Virus record (IMG/VR): IMGVR_UViG_3300046167_000114
Span: 1-53,829 of that record
Direction: 5' to 3' (one strand)
Source of the DNA: a virus
Lineage: Duplodnaviria; Caudoviricetes
DNA: 53,829 nt
Shown piece by piece: positions 52,175 through 53,829 of this stretch. The position numbers and the translations under genes were made by a program. The notes beneath the pieces were generated by a model. The model saw nothing but the letters and a program-made list of their open reading frames with translations. It made no database searches and was not told the origin of the DNA. How positions within the stretch are numbered: position 1 is the first letter of the stretch; each line of letters starts with the position of its first letter.

Positions 52175-52255
52175 TGCACTATCTCCTTATGTTACGTGCG
52201 GAGATAGTTATACTTATATCTTAGCGCTATAGTAGATACATAATGTGCATACCCG

Positions 52256-52615
52256 TTACCCTACAGGCACAAAGGTTTCTGTAACTGTTAATATCGTATC
52301 TATATGCCCAGAACCTGTAGGGGTAACTCTTATTTGATCATTAGGTTGTAGTACTAAATCTATCTGATTGAAGCTTATGTAATCACCCCCACCTAGAGAT
52401 TTAGCACTTAAAAATTTAGAAACATAGTTAGCTGCTGATACATACCAACCTACTTCTACTGTATTAGTAGAACCACCACCATTAACTACATGAATAAAAG
52501 TAATCTCAGCAGTACAGTTTGCAGGACATGTATAGACATTCTCTGTAGTCGTACCTGTATTATGCCCATAAACAGACTTAATACGTGCTGGCTTACCTTG
52601 ATTCACAAAAGACAT
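52256..52615 (-). CDS. Hypothetical beta-rich structural protein
   Basis: VYTCPAN and LVLQPND.I.V pattern. Confidence 0.6.
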   Translation of the reverse strand: MSFVNQGKPARIKSVYGHNTGTTTENVYTCPANCTAEITFIHVVNGGGSTNTVEVGWYVSAANYVSKFLSAKSLGGGDYISFNQIDLVLQPNDQIRVTPTGSGHIDTILTVTETFVPVG

Positions 52616-52848
52616 TAAGCTTCTTTCTTAGTTTTTGGCTTAATAGCCTTCTTTACTTTGTTAAATATACCTGATGACTCTGCATCCATACAGATCTGAG
52701 TAACGTTAGGGTCTTTACTTTGCACGTTACCAAAACGATCCTCACCTGCAGCTTGGTTGCCATTAGCATCCCACACCATGCCATCACCATCAATAGTGTA
52801 ACCTGCAGCATTAAGCTGCTTCTTATACTTATCGTAGTACTTAGCCAT
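52615..52848 (-). CDS. Hypothetical protein
   Basis: TAATG-coupled ORF. Confidence 0.65.
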   Translation of the reverse strand: MAKYYDKYKKQLNAAGYTIDGDGMVWDANGNQAAGEDRFGNVQSKDPNVTQICMDAESSGIFNKVKKAIKPKTKKEA

Positions 52849-53312
52849 TATGATTTACCACGCCTAATAGGGTTCTTTGCTGGATTAGATGCACCACACG
52901 CTAAACCACCGTGCTTAAAACCCTTCTTAGCCATACCACCATACATGTAGCCCATCTTAGCTGCTACCTTTGGTGCTTTTTTCTTTAGTGCTGCCATACC
53001 AGCATTCATGGGTTTTTTCTTACCGACATCACCGCCAGCACTCATATTCAAAGCGTTAGAAATATCATTCAGAGCTTCTTTTGCTTTTTTCTTTTTACCG
53101 GCAGTCAATACAGCCTCAGAATTAGGTGTGTCTCTGTATCCAACATCATACTGTTTAGTTGCACCTCGGATACCTGCCTTTTTTTGTTCTTTCTTAGTCA
53201 TTGGTTTCTTACCCATATCACCACCCTTTGCCATTCCTGTTTTGTGATAACCTGTACCCCCACAATGAGAGCACCCTTTTCCTTTACACTTTGGACACAC
53301 TTTCTTTGCCAT
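52848..53312 (-). CDS. Lys-rich protein with a DnaJ-type Zn finger and four xxxGG motifs
   Basis: CPKCKGKGCSHCGGTG; MAKGG, MSAGG, YMYGG and FKHGG. Confidence 0.7.
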   Translation of the reverse strand: MAKKVCPKCKGKGCSHCGGTGYHKTGMAKGGDMGKKPMTKKEQKKAGIRGATKQYDVGYRDTPNSEAVLTAGKKKKAKEALNDISNALNMSAGGDVGKKKPMNAGMAALKKKAPKVAAKMGYMYGGMAKKGFKHGGLACGASNPAKNPIRRGKS

Positions 53313-53596
53313 TACGCATTCCTCTTTCTACCTGATGCTGTCGTTGACCACTTCACTTTTTTAGGGCCAGTCTTTTTAGCAGCTTCTTTCTTACTAATCT
53401 TACTAGCTACAGCTTTAGGTCTACATGCAGGGTAAGGCCTACCTGAGTCTTTACTACCTGAGCGGCCACATTCTTTGCCTGTCTTTACATCTGTCCACTC
53501 TTCACCAAACCACTTACCTAAACCACCCTTAGAGTAACCCCTACGGCTTTGTATTAGGTGGGCAGTCTTACGTGACTTTGTTTTTGCTTGAGCCAC
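53312..53596 (-). CDS. Basic protein (DUF5872-like GGLxKWFxExW...CGR...YPACRP)
   Basis: Motif recognition only. Confidence 0.6.
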   Translation of the reverse strand: MAQAKTKSRKTAHLIQSRRGYSKGGLGKWFGEEWTDVKTGKECGRSGSKDSGRPYPACRPKAVASKISKKEAAKKTGPKKVKWSTTASGRKRNA

Positions 53597-53729
53597 TATA
53601 TTTGCCTCCCCTACGTTTGTACTCCTTAACTAACCATGCTGACCCATAAGCGCTAGGCCAAGTTTTAAACTTCTTTTTAGCTGCTGCCTTTACAGACGCA
53701 TAGAGTTTCTTGTTAGTCGGTGTAGCCAT
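53568..53729 (-). CDS. Small basic protein (53 aa, WPSAY...YKRRGGKY; not in the ORF track)
   Basis: Hand-translated MATPTNKKLYASVKAAAKKKFKTWPSAYGSAWLVKEYKRRGGKYSG... Confidence 0.7.
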   Translation of the reverse strand: MATPTNKKLYASVKAAAKKKFKTWPSAYGSAWLVKEYKRRGGKYSGSSKNKVT

Positions 53730-53730
53730 G

Positions 53731-53829
53731 TTATATCTTTCCCATGTATTTCAGTAGGATTAGTAACGCAAAACCACAAATAAATAAAAGTATTAGACCT
53801 ATACCACCATAAATAAGTATATTCTCTAC
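53731..53829 (-). CDS. Partial membrane protein (C-terminus, runs off the window)
   Basis: ...LIYGGIGLILLFICGFALLILLKYMGKI*. Confidence 0.55.
   Translation of the reverse strand, partial: VENILIYGGIGLILLFICGFALLILLKYMGKI

Overview
This window is a near-complete (~54 kb) genome of a marine podovirus-type dsDNA phage with two converging gene arms. The + arm (1-19.06 kb) has a repeat-rich non-coding left end, small early genes (a GP88-like Cys-motif protein, a C5-cytosine MTase-like protein, basic then acidic mini-proteins), then a tyrosine recombinase, primase, ThyX, DnaB-like helicase, family-A DNA polymerase with a DnaJ-type CxxCxGxG insert, exo- and endonucleases, MazG, class II RNR and glutaredoxin. 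The - arm (19.09-53.8 kb) has the terminase, portal, scaffold, major capsid, two paralogous collagen-like tail fibres flanking a 2OG-Fe(II) oxygenase, tail proteins, a GH19 lysin and large internal/ejection proteins. The polymerase insert plus the integrase-primase-helicase-pol gene order match HMO-2011-type phages. DUF1127, DUF6127-like and SLRPxxRP signatures suggest an alphaproteobacterial (probably Roseobacter-group) host. Many essential genes are broken by 1-nt indels, best explained as long-read sequencing error. Most notable observations: (i) two short peptide tags shared across otherwise unrelated late proteins ([GN][MFY]xxGG x12 and S[LI]RPxxRP-like x4); (ii) no GANTC site in the first 6.16 kb; (iii) a prolyl-hydroxylase-like gene between Gly-Pro-Thr collagen fibres; (iv) an un-called DUF1127 gene with an RBS-occluding hairpin and a structured 3' RNA; (v) operator-like palindrome arrays at the left end. 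All product calls come from visual motif recognition; no searches were run.
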